DNA of 64,000 nucleotides from Basidiobolus meristosporus CBS 931.73 (Eukaryota; Fungi; Basidiobolomycota): NCBI GenBank assembly GCA_002104905.1, contig MCFE01000058.1, positions 1 to 64,000 of the forward strand, read 5' to 3'. Shown piece by piece: positions 61,607 to 64,000 of this stretch (position 1 is its first letter; each line of letters starts with the position of its first letter). The notes under the pieces were generated by a model. It saw only the letters and a program-made list of their open reading frames with translations, ran no database searches and was not told where the DNA came from. The position numbers and the translations under genes were made by a program.

Positions 61607-62800
61607 AATACCAGGTACCCAGAGCATGAAAATTTTCAAAGTTGTCCAAACAGCCCCAAACTTTGCACATGTGTTCTTGGGACCTTTCTCAGCCAATTCT
61701 ACAGGTTTGTTATGCTAAGATTATGTAAAAGTATAAAACTACTCTTACATCAAATAATTCAGTAAGTGAAGACCAAATAATCTACTTGTTCTCCTAAACA
61801 CTTCCAATATCTCCAAGACTCTTACAGCAGGTTATGAGCCCTAGGCTGTTGCTCTCTGCAATGTTCAATACTGCTATTACTGGAATTCTCTCCTCTGCTG
61901 AAAAGTGGGATGGATCTAATTACCAAGTGTGGAATGTGAAGATGAAGATGCTGCCACAAGAAAGAGGCCTTTGGGATATTGTCATGGGAGAAGAATGCCC
62001 TTCTAAAAATGTAATAGAGGAAGCATGAAAGGACCAGAAGAACGAACAAAGTGCCTTTAACTCCATTTGCCTTAATGTCAAAGACATTTGTTAATTCAAT
62101 GCTCAAGAGCAAAATGGCAAAGAGGGCCTGGAAGGCATTAGAATACACCTACCAGTCATGTTCAGCTGCTAAGAAAATATATATCTGAGACAAAAAATCT
62201 CTACCACAAAGACGCAGCCAGGAGAAGAAACAAACAATCTAATTGACAGAATTACCCTGCTGGTGGATGAGATGGAATATGTGGGCATACCAACTACTGA
62301 TGAGGATGTGACAGTACCATCCTGAATAGCCTGACAGACAGGTTTCAGGGCCCTGTATCAGCCCTAGAGTCCAGAACTGAAGATTTGACCCTATATTATG
62401 TATATGGAAGGCTCCTGGATGAAGAATTCAGAAAGTCAAGCAGCAGTAAGAAGGAAGAAGAAAATGCTTTAATAAGCAATGATAACCAACAAAAGGGGTA
62501 CCCAAGACCCTACAAAGGCAATAGCAAGCTGTTTTGCAACTACTGCAAAAGGAAAGGACACAAATCAGAATGGTGTCTTGAAAAGAGAGATAATCAGCAA
62601 AAGAAGCCTGAATATGGAAATGCTGCAACAGCTGAAGATAGGCTATTCATATCTGCACAAAATGTGACCACAGACAAGGACTCTCAGACATGGTACATTA
62701 ATTCTGGAGCATCTTAACACTTTCCACACCAAAAAGACCTTTTTACCCAATACCAAGAAATTCCAATTAAGAAGGTTTTCATGGGTGACAATACCCTGTG
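61607..62800 (+). mobile_element. 5'-truncated second LTR (to 61829), PBS 61830-61842, decayed gag and protease start
   Basis: PBS GGTTATGAGCCCT; gag W.GSNYQVWNVKMKML, YVYGRLLDEEFR, zinc knuckle CNYCKRKGHKSEWC, protease remnant WYINSGAS. Confidence 0.9.
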
Positions 62801-63404
62801 AGGAATAGTTTGGTCCTGCAGGTGGATCCAATCCAGATCAGCCATGAAGATCCTATTTAGAGACCATCATAATAGCAGCAGCTTGGAATTAGTGACCCTC
62901 CTAACAATCTTATCACAAGATCATGACGGTGTTTTGCTAATTTTACAGCCAAATAAAGGGATAAAACTGGACAATATTTTATTGGTGCTGTAGCAATATT
63001 TGCATGGTATTGTTGTAGTCTTTCAGCGCTCTATAACTGTTTTAAGTAAATCAAGTCAGCCAGGACATCCAATTGCCTTATATGGCAAGAGACTTGACAG
63101 TATCTTGATGGCCTCACAGCAAGACTCTGATGGTATTATGTTGGCAGTATGAAGGCCTACCACTGGTTCTGTATAATGCTACCGTACCAATTTACTAAAT
63201 ATTATTTCCTTTTTCTACCTCCCATTGTGCAATTCATATATTCCACTGTAGAATTGCCTTTCTTTATTTGCTTACCCACTACTACCTTGGGTATTCCACA
63301 TATAGTTTGAATAAAAAAAACTATGCCCTCCTGGTTACTAACCTTTACAAACATGCACACCTGCCGCAATTAACATACTTCTATCACCTCAACTTTACAG
63401 CTTT

Positions 63405-64000
63405 TTAGTGCGATACTTGCAAAGCTGCCATATACCTTGTACTGCTGGTAACATAACATCTTGCAAACATATGCTTAGTTGTTGCCACTTCTGCCATAAA
63501 TACCTCCTGAATATCTGCAAAGAACTTCTTGGTATTTAGCCAATATGTTCCTTCTCCCTGCTGGATTCTAGTCCCCCTTATAGGTGCGCTCTGGCTTTTG
63601 TTTGTGTGAGTTCTGTATTGAATGGTGTAGAAGTTGGCTTGTGACCACAATAAATCCGGCATATCTTGGTGGAGTCTTCCTGATAAAAATTAGTTGCTTG
63701 TTGCACCCAGTCCAACTTTGCATTACTTAACTGCTTACCCCTGCATTGGGGCTGCTTAGCTTCTTAATGCCATAGGCATCGGTGTATTCATGTGCACATT
63801 TGTCCTCAGTATCTTCCAACTCTTTCTGGCTGTCCTCCATGTGCTAACTCATCACATCCATGACAGACTTGAAGGTATATTCTTGATGAGATTGGGATAT
63901 GGTAATGCCTGCACATTGACTTGTCTTCCTATCTCCCCACACATCCGCTCCATAGGAAACTCCCAAAAGGTGAAGCAAGGCCCAATATTCTCCACACACT
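63405..64000 (-). mobile_element. CACTA/EnSpm transposase remnant (DUF4218-like region), runs off the window edge
   Basis: Minus strand from 63998 reads CVENIGPCFTFWEFPMERMCGEIGRQV...PYPNL, matching the GP...W.FP.ER..G...PY.NL motif; stops follow downstream. Confidence 0.75.

Overview
Eukaryotic (fungal) genomic DNA with short (about 50-60 nt) GT-AG introns. The gene content and intron style suggest an early-diverging fungus, but this is inference only. Three zones. (1) 1-15 kb, accessory: decayed transposon and repeat DNA, a 155-bp tandem array, an intronless NADP-type alcohol dehydrogenase, a tandem family of tiny secreted cysteine-rich prepropeptide genes (57 aa, below the ORF-track cutoff; two intact, one pseudogene, two 3' remnants), an AA11-type LPMO with a C-terminal chitin-binding-like module, a disrupted alpha/beta-hydrolase and a small secreted protein. 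(2) 15-54 kb, gene-dense core: ABCC transporter, divergent FKBP fusion, two head-to-head NHX1 paralogs around a GT49 pseudogene, uridine-kinase-like gene, WBP1, HFI1/ADA1, APA2, CYB2 with PTS1, a membrane protein, RHB1, NUBPL/IND1, NOT4, UPS2, EGD2, CBR1, TLG2, PHO81. (3) 55.6-64 kb: CpG-poor nest of decayed Ty1/copia elements (349-bp LTR, Ty5-type tRNAi-Met PBS) and CACTA transposase remnants. Top candidate for an undescribed system: the secreted peptide family with mature sequence GCCQWYGCGPSGDKCCSYGSC (CC-x4-C-x6-CC-x4-C). All homology calls are from motif recognition by eye; no searches were run.
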